DNA of 64,000 bases from Hormiphora californensis (GCA_020137815.1 CM035351.1:9914896-9978895), one strand, 5' to 3'. Shown: positions 48,885 through 62,600, counted from the first letter of the stretch. Notes: generated by a model from the letters alone, not told the origin. Numbers and translations: made by a program.

Positions 48885-50021
48885 ATGTTCAATGAAACAA
48901 TAACGGAATTTACAACATCGTGGTTTGATTTCTTTAACAGAACCGAGGGACCTACTACTGAAGAAGCCAACACTGATGAAGTCTTCCCGTTTGACTGTCT
49001 CCCGGGAGGAGCTGCTGTGATTTGTGTTGTAGTGGGAATCATACTAAACACTGCTGTCCTCCCATACTTCATTTCCAAAATCAAACAAAGCAGAACTCTG
49101 TCCAATTTGTTTTATACCATCATCTCAGCGACAGATCTGGTGGTTTCCATTCTAACAATATTTTACACAACCACTCTCTTCACCCAACAGCCAGGTGCCT
49201 TCAAATCAGTTAAATTCTGTACTGCCTGGTCTGTCCTCTGGGGTGTTTTCACTAAACTCACAATCCTCCTTGTCTCTCTCCTGTCAATCTATAGGACAAT
49301 CCTGATACTCGACCCTCTCCAGAGCACCATCTCCTTCCGACCCTCTCGTACCTTCCTTGGGGTAGTTGCTGTGGGCAGTGCAGCGGTGTTTTTAGCAGCA
49401 GAAACGGTGCCGTTATGGTTCAGTGGACAGATAATGTGGTATTACGATTGGTTTCGACATAGGTGTGAGTGGTATGAAGTAGGCCCACACTGTGAGGTTC
49501 ATGTACCATTCGCCGGTATTTATGTGTGGAATGCGGTTACCATTGGTCTCCCACTGCCCGTGGTTACCATAGCAACAAGTCTGTCCATATATGGTCTGGT
49601 AGGGAGATCCTCCCTAAACCATTACCGGGAAAGCAACACAGTTCTTCTTTTCTCTGCGGTCTACATGGTCCTCAATATTCCCGTGTTTGTGTACCATGTT
49701 GTCATGGTGATAGAATTCTCCACGGGGTGGGAGGCCAAGTTGCTCGATTTTGATCATCCTAATTACTACTTTTTCACATTTGTGGAGCTGATTGTGGTGT
49801 CACTTAACAGCGCCGCTAATCCCATGATATATCTGGTGAGAATGACAGAGTTGAGGAGATTTATGAAGGAGCAGTACTTTGGAAGGTTGAGGAGACTGGT
49901 GACAGCAGATCATCATATCACCATGGTATCACGGAATGCTACAAAGTCTACCAGTGTTACTGCAGCTGGTGGTGGAGCGGGGGAGAGTTCAAATAATTAT
50001 GTTGCCAGTTCCCGAATATAA
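48885..50021 (+). CDS. Intronless class A (rhodopsin-like) orphan GPCR, 378 aa
   Basis: 7 hydrophobic segments; GIILN (TM1), SATDL (TM2), C..W and SIYRT (TM3), NSAANPMIY (TM7); N-glycosylation sequons NET and NRT; ATG at 48885. Confidence 0.92.
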   Translation: MFNETITEFTTSWFDFFNRTEGPTTEEANTDEVFPFDCLPGGAAVICVVVGIILNTAVLPYFISKIKQSRTLSNLFYTIISATDLVVSILTIFYTTTLFTQQPGAFKSVKFCTAWSVLWGVFTKLTILLVSLLSIYRTILILDPLQSTISFRPSRTFLGVVAVGSAAVFLAAETVPLWFSGQIMWYYDWFRHRCEWYEVGPHCEVHVPFAGIYVWNAVTIGLPLPVVTIATSLSIYGLVGRSSLNHYRESNTVLLFSAVYMVLNIPVFVYHVVMVIEFSTGWEAKLLDFDHPNYYFFTFVELIVVSLNSAANPMIYLVRMTELRRFMKEQYFGRLRRLVTADHHITMVSRNATKSTSVTAAGGGAGESSNNYVASSRI

Positions 50022-50300
50022 TTGAAATTTACACTGAGCCCTGAACATTTATTTACACTGAAACTGAGCCCTGGACATTGATTTACAATGAAAATGAGCC
50101 CTGAACTAAAAATGATTCACCCGGCCGTGCTTTTTCTACCAGCCGGAGCTGAGCAGGGATCGATCAGCTGGCAGTAAATTGGGAACTGATCAATTATAAC
50201 TTTTAATGCTGTTGTCTGCAGTAGGAAAAGTCTCCAGTAAAGTAGACAGCCACAAACTTAGTAGACAGTACGTTTTTCAGACAGCTTGACTGTGCTTGTT

Positions 50301-51888
50301 ATGAAACTTGTTTTGATTTTGTTGGTTTTGGTAGGTAAGTGTATAGTAAGTAAAATATGTAAAGTACGTGTGTTTATACTTTTAATTTCATCGTAAAACT
50401 ATTGTTTTTAATTCGTGAATCTGTTTCATTGCTTGATCCAGGTTCATGCCTGGGAGATACATTCGATGACAAAACAAATACCACCCTGTATTGTCCCCTT
50501 CCTAACGCATGGTCAGACGAAGTGACAATCAAACCTGAAAAACATATCGCCACAACTGAATCTTCAAAAACCAGTGAAAAATCATTTTCGGTAAATTACA
50601 AATGGAAGAGATTCTTTATATAAATCTCATCCCGCATTCATTTCATCTAAAGTCGGACCCTGTTGGCCTGTTTTCACCGAAAGTACGGTTCTAAATCCCC
50701 TAATTACCTCACATTCAGCTGGTTTACGGTTCAATTGTGACAGTATCATGTCAAAGAGCAGGTTACACCTTCAACAATAACATTGTGGGGATAGTGGGAT
50801 CTGACAATGTTGAGTATAACATAAACAGGTGAGCTAGAGCTATATTGATTGTCGATTGCTCACTGCTCAGTGATTAATTTGTTGAGTAGGTACCACTGAT
50901 CAACACACGTAGGCCCGTAGATCATTCGAATACTAATTATAAGCTTTTTAGTATACAAGTTTAATTAAATTGACATTTGATCAGGGACGTAGCGGTCACG
51001 TGTACAGAGAACGGTGAATTAGATCCACCCATATTCGGCAGTGATATTACAACCTGGAAGTGGATCTCAAATCGGTGATTGAAAACAAGTGTGTACAATA
51101 TGGAGAAACGCGATTATGTCAATATATTTCCGTCATTTTACCGGACTATTATATCCACCAGGAACCGACCGAAAAAGTGTAAACAACCAATCAGAACTCG
51201 TTATTTAGGTCACGAGAATGGTATCAGCCAATCAGGACCAGTATTACCTGGTTCGGTCGGTTCCTGGTAATCCACCGTCTCATTGACAACAATTACAGCA
51301 ATTAGCATAACAACAATCTCTTCATCTAGGTGTACCTCAGGATGCTCCGTGGTAGGTTAGACTATGGGTCAGCGACAATATAACCTCAGTTAATAACCTT
51401 ACCCTGATACGGAATGGTAATGGGCCACCAGTCCCGGCAGGTAATTGTTAAGTTAACAAAAATATAAATCAAATAATTAGATTTACCAATTTAACTTTAC
51501 TGATTTCTGTTTTTCTGCCTACTACAGAAAAATAACGCGACCAAAGCTAATAAATTAACAGAAAGGGTAAGTTTTCGATAATTTGGGGGTTTCAATAATG
51601 CTTTAACTTATATGTTTAGGTTCCTATATGTGTCCTGTGGTTCTGGTTATGTGAGGGCTTATGACGACTCTGCCCCTGCTAAGGTAAAACATTGCATGTT
51701 CTGCCCATAATTGATTCATGAATGTCGTATATAGGGTTAGAAAATCACAATTAAGTTTGAAATTCCTGGGTAATTATAGAAGCGCGGCGAACTATATAAT
51801 GTCAATTATTGGGTAGCATTTATTCGTTTCAGTTGAGTGCAAGGACGGGGAATGGGTAACTGACCGGTCCTATCATTACTTGTGCACG
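50301..51888 (+). CDS. Multi-exon secreted Cys-containing (Sushi-like) protein; exons ~50301-50334, 50442-50590, 50720-50828, then error-prone ~51330-51440, 51620-51683, ~51832-51887
   Basis: MKLVLILLVLV signal peptide; first three exons splice in phase (GSCLGDTFDD..YCPLPN / LVYGSIVTVSCQRAGY); later SCGSGY and ECKDGEW motifs. Confidence 0.6.
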
Positions 51889-53394
51889 TGAGGTTCAGTT
51901 ATCTTCAACGGTGTAAAATATATTTCCCTACCGGATGAATTCATTTAACCGGATGCGTAGTTTTAGCACACGCGATCAGTTTGATCAGAACTTATAAAAC
52001 TTCCAAAAAGCATTGTCTTAGATGAAAGCTTTTGTTCTGAGGATACTCATGGAAACAAAAAATAACTTAATCTCTAACTAAACGAAACATATATTCTATT
52101 TTTTCAGCTGGTTGTAGACGGAAAGGGACATTGTGCCCTAGTCCGGGGTCTCTACGGTCTGGAAGGAGGTCCGTGACTTACCTTGGACCGCGCATATGAT
52201 GGCCATATGGCGGGGACACACCAACCTGTTGTCGACTCATTAGGCTGCCATAATAAATCTTATTGTTTTGATGCGGGTAAACATGGGAGGGAAAGAGTCC
52301 ATTAATTATCTTGGCGCATAAGACAACTAGTATACAAATATGGTCCATTGATTTTCCTAAATCAGAATTTTTACCAGTGTAAGATTCATGAAAACTCCCT
52401 CTTTTCGCCCAGAACGTCTCCGATATACTTTCTGCAAGAAGGTTCCACAAGCGTGAAACTGTAATTAAAGGTATTGACCCAAAGAAATGATAGGTGAGGA
52501 CGGAGGGAGAGGAAACAGGATACTTTCGGGAAAAGGTGGGACAGTAATTATAAACCAATATAAAGCTACATGTACAATTATAAAGCCAACTGGATTCATC
52601 AAACAGATTCAAAAACATACAGTCAGATATAATATCTGAAATTTATGTTTTCCAATCAATCAGTAAGTAAAGTTTTCAGACGATTGAAATCAAAAGCAAA
52701 AAAGTGTTTTTTGTTTGACGAAAAGAAGAGCAGAGGGGGAACACTTGCAATCGAATCAGATTCGCCATCAGGATGTTTATTCCCAGCAGATACTGCTTCA
52801 TCTACACACGAAGCTGAGTGAGGTCTTGAGAGATAAGAAATACTCTTGGATTTTCTAAATTCTTCGTTTTATAGTTTATTTTTATTCTATTCCAAGAAGT
52901 ATTGTATTTTTAGCATAAGCTAACAAATTTTGCCAAAATAGCTGAATTCATTCCAGTCATGTTTTGTTTCTACTACGGGAAGCAGTTTCGAAAGCCATTT
53001 CCATTGCGGTATCAGATATATAGAATATGTCCATAATAATATAATAAAGGGGCCATGCTTAAAAGGAACAGCTTGCAGTGTCTACAGCTGTTGCAAGATT
53101 ATAACAGACCCTTTAAGGTTCCATTTTTTTACATTGCAACACATATTGAGGTGGTGTTACCAACTTCTCCTTTATGCATTTCTCTGTACTGCATGCATCC
53201 GTTTCGCTGTTTCTCTCTTCTCTCTCTCTCCTCTCCTCCTCTCTCTCTCTTTTCACTTCTCTCTATCTTCTCCAAAATATTTATGCATCAGTTCGAAGGC
53301 CTAAAATACTTCAAGACATATATGCTCCCCGGGGTACGGTTATAAGATTGTTCACATCTTTAAAATGTCCCATTTCCGGTTGAAAAAGGAACAA

Positions 53395-53425
53395 GAGAGA
53401 GAGAGATAATGGATAATAGACAGAT

Positions 53426-53517
<92 letters not shown>
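53395..53517. repeat. (GA)n microsatellite with flanking CT-rich tracts
   Basis: direct reading. Confidence 0.9.
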
Positions 53518-56280
53518 CGTGTGTGTGCTTGTATGTAATACGGTGCGTGTCTAGAATACTTTAATAAGATTATAAACTTTGTCAAGTCTTTTAGTTCAAG
53601 CTACTATTCCTTATCTACCTTTTTTCACTTAGCTTCTCTCTCTTATCCTCTCTCTAATCTCTACTATCTCTCTACTCTATATCTATCTCTCGATCCCTCT
53701 CTCTCACTCTCTATCATCTACTCTCATATACTCTGAATACATATATGTCCATAAATAGAGCGAGAGCCACACCAGACATCCCTTCAGTTTTTCGAAACCG
53801 AAATCTGACTCTCTCTCTCTCCATGTCTTAACTCTCTTGCACGGCTGCAGTTTTCTAACAAGCCTGAAATAGCATGTCACTAGATACAAATTTTATATTA
53901 TTAAACCACATTCAGCCACCTCACACTCTCTGGTCATCTCCGCACCCATATGTATTAAGCTCGCTGCCTTTCTATATGTTCCCCATTTTATTGTGTATAT
54001 TTGCCACCTTCTGCCACCACTGGTTTTGGATTGGAGGAAGCCGATGCCGACTGTGCTATCGAAACTGACGACGAAACATCCTCCCCCTTTCTTTTAGGGA
54101 GGCTATCACCGCTACGCTTCTTCTTGCTTCTACTGTTGTCCTTGTAGGAGGTAGTCCAATCTGAGTGCTCCTTCATAAACTATAAACTGCTCCGTCATAA
54201 ATCGCAAAAGTACTTTAATGCATCGAAGTACAGTCGGCCACCCGATTTAGTGGCATCTTCGGGGAAAATCCTGCCACTAAATGGGGTGCACTAATCAGGG
54301 GCCACTATATCGGATTCATAAAGCAAGAATTATTACTTCCCAGAAAAATTAAGTGTGGTAAGTACGGAAAACCTTATGACTGAAAACTGAGGTTATGTAT
54401 TCTTATCATAATTCACTGAAGTTTTATGCAGATGAAACACTGCGGTTTAGTCACGCTTTTCCAATGTCCCATGGATAGAATGGTATTACAGTTCTCTAAT
54501 TTGAAGAAATGTGAGTCCATATTGCCGTGGCAGGTATTGCCATTCTTAACGTAGAATTGGGCGACGTAGAATCTTTATAATGTCATTTGTTGTTTTGACG
54601 TACATTTATTTGTCTTAGATTGTGCTAATAATTTACCATTTAAGCAGTTTGAAAAGCACAATTATAGCAGAATCACCACCATCTACCTCGCAAGGTGTGT
54701 GTCACGATAGTCATGGTTGTGTGAAGTAGAGCTCAACGGCGGCAGGAGCTCTATTATAAGGCCTGCTTTTCCTGAGTGTGCGGTTAAGCTATCTCCCGTT
54801 ATAGTCCAAAGATAATTAAGGGGACGTTAAATTACGGCTAATTAAAAGGAGGCTTGATAAAATGAGCTCAAAACTTCTAAATTTGTAACTATAACTAAAA
54901 CCATGCCGTTTTGTTGTTGTAGTATCGATACGTTTGCGATGAATAGTTTGGGAAAATACCGCAGATACAATGCCAACTGCCAACCCTTAAATGGTTTTGA
55001 TAATACCGTTTTCACCACCCTTGGAGCAAGATACCAAAAATTGGAGAAAGCAAGTACAGTAGTGAATATCAAGAAAATAATTAGCAAGAAGCCCTTTTTG
55101 TTAGTATCTAGTGAACCTGAAATTATTTTCAGTTACTTTTTCTTTGGTGTTTTTGATCACTTACACTAATGACTGAAGTAGTGCATCTAGCTGTGTAATG
55201 ACACCACATAATCCTAGGAGTACCTTCCCGCCTGCATATATTCGACCTTGGCCACATTGATGCCTGAGTGAGATCGAGGTCGCGCAGCGACGAGGTCGAT
55301 CTCACATCTAGGCTCGGCGCGTTATTGATTTAGAGCAAACTTTTTCAAGACCTGGCTGCAAGAATACTGAACCGATTTGCATCTCGTTGTGTTCCTGGCA
55401 GACAATTGTCTATAGTTCACGGAAAATACCCGCGAGTATCAGCATTTGAGGAATAGTGGGTCAAAATGACGCTAAACATGAGCAATGCTTTAAAGAACTG
55501 GCTGCAAGCTCTACTCGGTCCTGGACAATCTGCGGGTACTGGGGAATCGTCATGGCCTTGTGAGTATGGGAAAATACCCGCGATCATCACGATGCGAAAT
55601 GAGGCGATAATTGACGTTTGAGTAGGCTAGGTCAGCTAAAAACCGTTCAAAAACGGTCTATCACGCGCGATCTGCTGGAAAACGTGCTTTATATCGCGCA
55701 ACGTGAGTTTGGCTCTCAACGGGCGGCATCCTATTATTCGCGGAGCGAGAATAGGATGCGATGGATCCAAATCTCGACCCTTTTCCTGACTCGTATATAA
55801 TAAACCGCGCGGTTACGGTTGTTGTTCTCCTCCCAACTATATATTTGACACCTCCCAATATTTGTTAAACAAGTCTTAATTCCCCTCATTTAAATTTGGC
55901 CTCATAAAATTTGAAAAATCTCTACTTCCCCCAATATTCCCCAATGAATTGCATAGTAATTAATTAATTAATTAGATTTCCCCTCTTCTCAGTTGGCGCT
56001 ATGACCCCTGTTCAAAAGGAAAAAGAAGGAGATTCCTCCACCCCCTGCACCCCAAGAAGTACCCGGAAGATATGAGGTTCTTTTTGGCCACACAAACGCT
56101 TTCAAAACGATCAATTGTATAGCTGGAAATATATGGTTCTTTTCACCAAAGCTTGAATCACTCGTTCGAACTAGTAGTTCGCCTTCCGACGTGAATCACA
56201 CACAATACCAACTATATAAACTCTCTCCACTCCCCTGAGATCCCTATTATAGTGGGTTGTTTTATATAAAACTTCCACAG

Positions 56281-56550
56281 AACACAGTCCTGAGGGATCT
56301 GTTGCAGAAGAAGCCCCAGCTGTAGCTGATGAACCCGCTTGCTGAAGTCCCTGTAGCTGAACCTGAGGAACCAGTGACTGAAACCTGAGGTAGCAGCTGA
56401 GGAACCAGTGGCTTGAACCTGAGGAACCAGCGACATGAACCGAGGCAGCAGTTGAGGAGCCTGAGGTTACTGAACCTGAAGTTGCTCCTGAGGAGCCTGA
56501 GGTCACTGAACCTGAGGAACCAGCCGAAGAAGAAGATGGATCTGGTGAAG
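56281..56550 (+). CDS. Glu/Pro/Ala-rich repeat exon (indel errors) of the gene hosting the tandem array
   Basis: ccacAG|..EEAPAVADEPA..EEPEVTEPEVAPEEPEVTEPEEPAEEEDGSGE|GTAGG. Confidence 0.65.
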
Positions 56551-56644
56551 GTAGGATAACACAATGAACTCGACAAAATTTTATTTTACTTACTACAGTA
56601 AGTAAAATTAAATTTTATTTTGTAAAGCAATAATCACCGTTGTC

Positions 56645-59600
56645 AAATAAATCGGGGTGTTCCGAGAGACTGATCCTAAACTGAGCCAATACACACAGCT
56701 AGAGCGGAGAGTCACCGTCATGGTGTGCACTATCACCAGGGTCACATATACAGTCGATGGGGTTGACTATACTCTCAACGCATCTAGCCTCTGCCAACAT
56801 GTCATGGTGTTGCACTGCCAGGAACCCTCCAACTCCGATTCCTTGTTTAACTAGCCGTACAGCAAGGATCTCGGCTGGATTCGTCTCAGACTAGGCACAT
56901 ATTCCAACACGATAGTAGCAGGAGAGATCAACACTTATACCAAGCACACAGGGTAGAAACAATCCTTGTGTTCTGGATAAGATAACATTTTTCTCTAGGT
57001 AGTGTGTATCGGACATCAGTAGGCCCCATTATAATTGGTATTTAACACAGTCAAACTCGAGAGAGTACAATGTTATTGATACTTGATTGATAAATCGGGG
57101 TGTTCCGAGAGACTGATCCTAAACTGAGCCAACTACACACGCTAGAGCGGAGAGTCACCGTCATGGTGTGCACTATCACCAGGGTCACAATATACAGTCG
57201 ATGGGGGTTGACTAAAACTCTCAACGCATCTAGCCTCTGCCAACATGTCATGGTGTTGCACTGCACGGAACCCTCCAACTCCGATTCCTTGTTTAACTAG
57301 CGTACAGCAAGGATCTCGGCTGGATCGTCTCAGACTAGGCACATATTCCAACACGATAGTAGCAGGAGAGATCAACACTTATACCAGCACACAGGGTAGA
57401 AACAATCCTTGTGTTCTGGATAAGATAACATTTTTCCTAGGTAGTGTGTATCGGACATCAGTAGGCCCCATTATAATTGGTATTTAACACAGTCAACTCG
57501 GAGAAGTACAATGTTATTGATACTTGATTGATAAATCGGGGTGTTCCGAGAGACTGATCCTAAACTGAGCCAATACACACAGCTAGAGCGGAGAGTCACC
57601 GTCATGGTGTGCACTATCACCAGGGTCACAATATACAGTCGATGGGGTTGACTATAACTCTCAACGCATCTAGCCTCTGCCAACATGTCATGGTGTTGCA
57701 CTGCACGGAAACCTCCAACTCCGATTCCTTGTTTAACTAGCCGTACAGCAAGGATCTCGGCTGGATTCGTCTCAGACTAGGCACATATTCCAACACGATA
57801 GTAGCAGGAGAGATCAACACTTATACCAAGCACACAGGGTAGAAACAATCTGTGTTCGGATAAGATAACATTTTTCTCTAGGTAGTGTGTATCGGACATC
57901 AGTAGGCCCATTATAATTGGTATTTAACACAGTCAACTCGGAGAAGTACAATGTTATTGATACTTGATTGATAAATCGGGGTGGTTCCGAGAGACTGATC
58001 CTAAACTGAGGCAATACACACAGCTAGAGCGGAGAGTCACCGTATGGTGTGCACTATCACCAGGGTCACAATATACAGTCGATGGGGGGTGACTATAACT
58101 CTCAAAGCATCTAGCCTCTGACAACAAGTCATGGTCTTGCACTGCATGGAACCCTCCAGCTCCTATTCCTTGTTTAACTAACCGTACAGCAAGGATCTCG
58201 GCTGGATTCGTCTCAGACTAGGCACATATTCCAACACGATAGTAGCAGGAGAGATCAAACTATACCAAGCACACAGGGTAGAAACAATCCTTGTGTTCTG
58301 GATAAGATAACATTTCTCTAGGTAGTGTGTATCGGACATCAGTAGGCCCCATTTAATTGGTATTTAACACAGTCACTCGGAGAAGTACAATGTTATTGAT
58401 ACTTGATTGATAAATCGGGGTGTTCCGAGAGACTGATCCTAAACTGAGCCAATACACACAGCTAGAGCGGAGAGTCACCGTCATGGTGTGCACTATCACC
58501 AGGGTCACAATATACAGTCGATGGGGTTGACTATAACTCTCAACGCATCTAGCCTCTGCCAACATGTCATGGTTGCACTGCACGGAACCCTCAACTCCGA
58601 TTCCTTGTTAACTAGCCGTACAGCAAGGATCTCGGCTGGATTCGTCTCAGACTAGGCACAATTCCAACACGATAGTAGCAGGAGAGATCAACACTTATAC
58701 CAAGCACACAGGGTAGAAACAATCCTTGTGTTCTGGATAAGATAACATTTTCTTAGGTAGTGTGTATCGGACATCAGGAGGCCCCATTATAATTGGTATT
58801 TAAACAGTCAACTCGGAGAAGTACAATGTTATTGATACTTGATTGTAAATCGGGGTGTTCCGAGAGACTGATCCTAACTGAGCCAATACACACAGCTAGA
58901 GCGGAGAGTCACCGTCATGGTGTTGCACTATCACCAGGGTCACAATAACAGTCGATGGGGGTTGACTATAACTCTCAACGCATCTAGCCTCTGCCAACAG
59001 TCTGGTGTTGCACTGCACGGAACCCTCCAACTCCGATTCCTTGTTTAACTAGCCGTACAGCAAGGATCTCGGCTGGATTCGTTTCAGACTAGAGCAATAT
59101 TCCAACACGATAGTAGCAGGAGAGATCACACTTATACCAAGCACACAGGGTAGAAACAATCTTGTGTTCTGGATAAGATAACATTTTTTCTTAGGTAGTG
59201 TGTATCGGACATCAGTAGGCCCCATTATAATGGTATTTAACAACAGTCAACTGGAGAAGTACAATGTTATTGATACTGATTGATAAATCGGGGTGTTCCG
59301 AGAGAGACGATCCTAAACTGTTCTACCCTGTGTGCTTGGTATAAGTGTTGATCTATCCTGCTACTATCGTTGGAATATGTGCTAGTCTGAGACGATCCAG
59401 CGAGATCCTTGCTGTACGCTATTAACACGGAATCGGAGTGGAGGGTTCCGTGCAGTGAACACCATGACAGTTGCAGAGGCTAGATGCGTGAGAGTTATAG
59501 CAACCCCATCGACTGTATAGTGACCCTGGTGATAGTGCACACCATGACGGGACTCTCGCTCAGCTGTGTGTATGGCTCGTTAGGATCAGTCTCTCGGAAC

Positions 59601-62600
59601 ACCCCGATTATCACAAGGATCAATAACATGTACTCTCCAGTTGACTGTGTTTAAATACATTATAATGGGGCCACTGATGTCGATACACACTACCTAGAGA
59701 AAAAGTTATCTTATCCAGAACACAAGGAGTTTCTACCCTGGTGCTTGGTATAAGTGTTGATCCCTGCTACTATATGTGTTGAATATGGCCTAGTCTGAGA
59801 CGAATCCAGCCGAGATCTTGCTGTACGGCTAGTTAAACAAGAACGGAGTTGGAGGTCCGTGCACGTGCAACACCATGACATGTGTGGCAGAGGCAGATGC
59901 GTTGAGAGTTATAGTCAACCCCATCGACTGTATATTGTGACCTGGTGATAGTGCACACCATGACGGTGACTCTCCGCTCTGCTGTGTGTATTGGCTCAGT
60001 TTAGGATCAGTCTCTCGGAACACCCCGATTTATCAATCAAGTATCATAACATTGTACTTCTCCGAGTTGACTGTGTTAAATACCAATTATAATGGGGCCT
60101 ACTGATGTCCGATACACACTACCTAGAGAAAAATGGTATCTTATCCAGAACACAAGGATTGTTTCTACCCTGTGGCTTGGTATAAGTGTTGATCTCTCCT
60201 GTACTATCGTGTTGGAATATGTGCCTAGTCTGAGACGAATCCAGCCGAGATCTTGCTGTACGGCTAGTTAAACAAGGAATCGGAGTTGGAGGGTTCGTGC
60301 AGTGCAACACCATGACATGTTGGCAGAGGCTAGATGCGTTGAGAGTTATAGTCAACCCCCCATCGACTGTATATTGTGACCCTGGTGATAGTGCACACCA
60401 TGACGGTGACTCTCCGCTCTAGCGTGTGTATTGGCTCAGTTTAGGATCAGTCTCTCGGAACACCCGATTTATCAATCAAGTATCAATAACATTGTACTTC
60501 TCCGAGTTGACTGTGTAAATACCAATTATAATGGGGCCTACTGATGTCCGATACACACTAACTAGAGAAAAATGTTATCTTATCCAGAACACAAGGATTG
60601 TTTCTACCCTGGTGCTTGGTATAAGTGTTGATCTCTCCTGCTACTATCGTGGTTGGAATATGTGCCTAGTCTGAGACGAATCCAGCCGAGATCCTTGCTG
60701 TACGGCAGTTAAACAAGGAATCGGAGTTGGAGGGTTCGTCAGTGCATGCAAACCATGACATGTTGGCAGAGGCTAGATCGTGAGAGTTATAGTCAACCCC
60801 CATCGACTGTTATTGTGACCCTGGTGATAGTGCACACCATGACGGTGACTCTCCGCTCTAGCTGTGTGTATTGGCTCAGTTAGGATCAGTCTCTCGGAAC
60901 ACCCCGATTTTCAATCAAGTATCAATAACATTGTACTCTCCGAGTTGACTGTGTTAAATACCAATATAATGGGGCCCTACTGATGTCCGATACACACATA
61001 CCTAGAGAAAAATGTTATCTATCCAGAACACAAGGATTGTTTCTGACCTGTGTGCTTGGTATCAGTGTTGATCTTTCTGCTTCTATCGTGTGGAATATGT
61101 GCCTAGTCTGAGACGAATCCAGCCGAGATCCTTGCTGTACGGCTAGTTAAACAAGGAATCGGAGTTGGAGGGTTCCGTGCAGTGCAACACATGAATGTTG
61201 GAGAGGCTAGATGCGTTGAGAGTTATAGTCAACCCCATCGACTGTATATTGTGACCTGGTGATAGTGCACACCATGACGGTGACTCCGCTCTAGCTGTGT
61301 GTATTGGCTCAGTTTAGGATCAGGCTCTCGGAACACCCCGATTATCAATCAAGTTAATAACATTGTATTCTCCGAGTTGACTGTGTAAATACCATTATAA
61401 TGGGGCCTACTGATGTCCGATACACACTACCTAGAGAAAAATGTTATCTTATCCAGAACACAAGGATGTTTCTACCCTGTGTGCTGGTATAAGTGTTGAT
61501 CTCTCCTGCTACTATCGTGTTGGAATAGGGCCTAGTCTGAGACGAATCCAGCGAGATCCTGCTGTACGGCTAGTTAAACAAGGAATCGGAGTTGGAGGGT
61601 TCCGTGCAGTGCAAACCATGACATGTTGGCAGAGGCTAGAGCGTTGAGAGTTATAGTCAACCCCCATCGACTGTATATTGTGACCTGGTGATAGTGCACA
61701 CATGACGGTGACTCTCCGCTCTAGCTGTGTGTATTGGCTCAGTTAGGACAGTCTCTGGAACACCCCGATATCAATCAAGTATCAAAACATTGTACTTCTC
61801 CGAGTTGACTGTGTAAATACCAATATAATGGGCCTACTGATGTCCGATACACACTACCTAGAGAAAAATGTATTTATCCAGAACACAAGGATTGTTTCTA
61901 CCCTGTGTGCTTGGTATAAGTGTTGATCTCTCCTGCTACTATCGTGTTGGAATATGTGCCTAGTCTGAGACGAATCCAGCCGAGATCCTTGCTGTAGGCT
62001 AGTTAAACAAGGAATCGGAGTTGGAGGGTTCCGTGCAGTGCAACACCATGACATGTTGGCAGAGGCTAGATGCGTGAGAGTTATAGTCAACCCCCATCGA
62101 CTGTATTGTGACCCTGGTGATAGTGCACACCATGACGGTGACTCTCCGCTCAGCTGTGTGTATTGGCTCAGTTTAGGATCAGTCTCTCGGAACACCCCGA
62201 TTTATCAATCAAGTATCAATAACATTTACTTCTCCGAGTTGACTGTGTTAAATACCAATTATAATGGGGCCTACTGATGTCCGATACACACTACCTAGAG
62301 AAAATGTATCTTATCCAGAACACAAGGATTGTTTCTACCCTGTGTGCTTGGTATAAGTGTTGATCTCTCCTGCTACTATCGTGTTGGAATATGTGCCTAG
62401 TTGAGACGAATCCAGCCGAGATCCTTGCTGTACGGCTAGTTAAACAAGGAATCGGAGTTGGAGGGTTCCGTGCAGTGCAACACCATGACATGTTGGCAGA
62501 GGCTAGATGCGTTGAGAGTATAGTCAACCCCCATCGACTGTATATTGTGACCTGGTGATAGTGCACACCATGACGGTGACTCTCCGCTCTAGCTGTGTGT

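Noticed and set aside
52178-55169. Possible decayed gene or transposase ORFs (52178-52618, 53988-54176, 54842-55169)
   Set aside because: No recognisable motif and the region has indel errors; no call can be supported.
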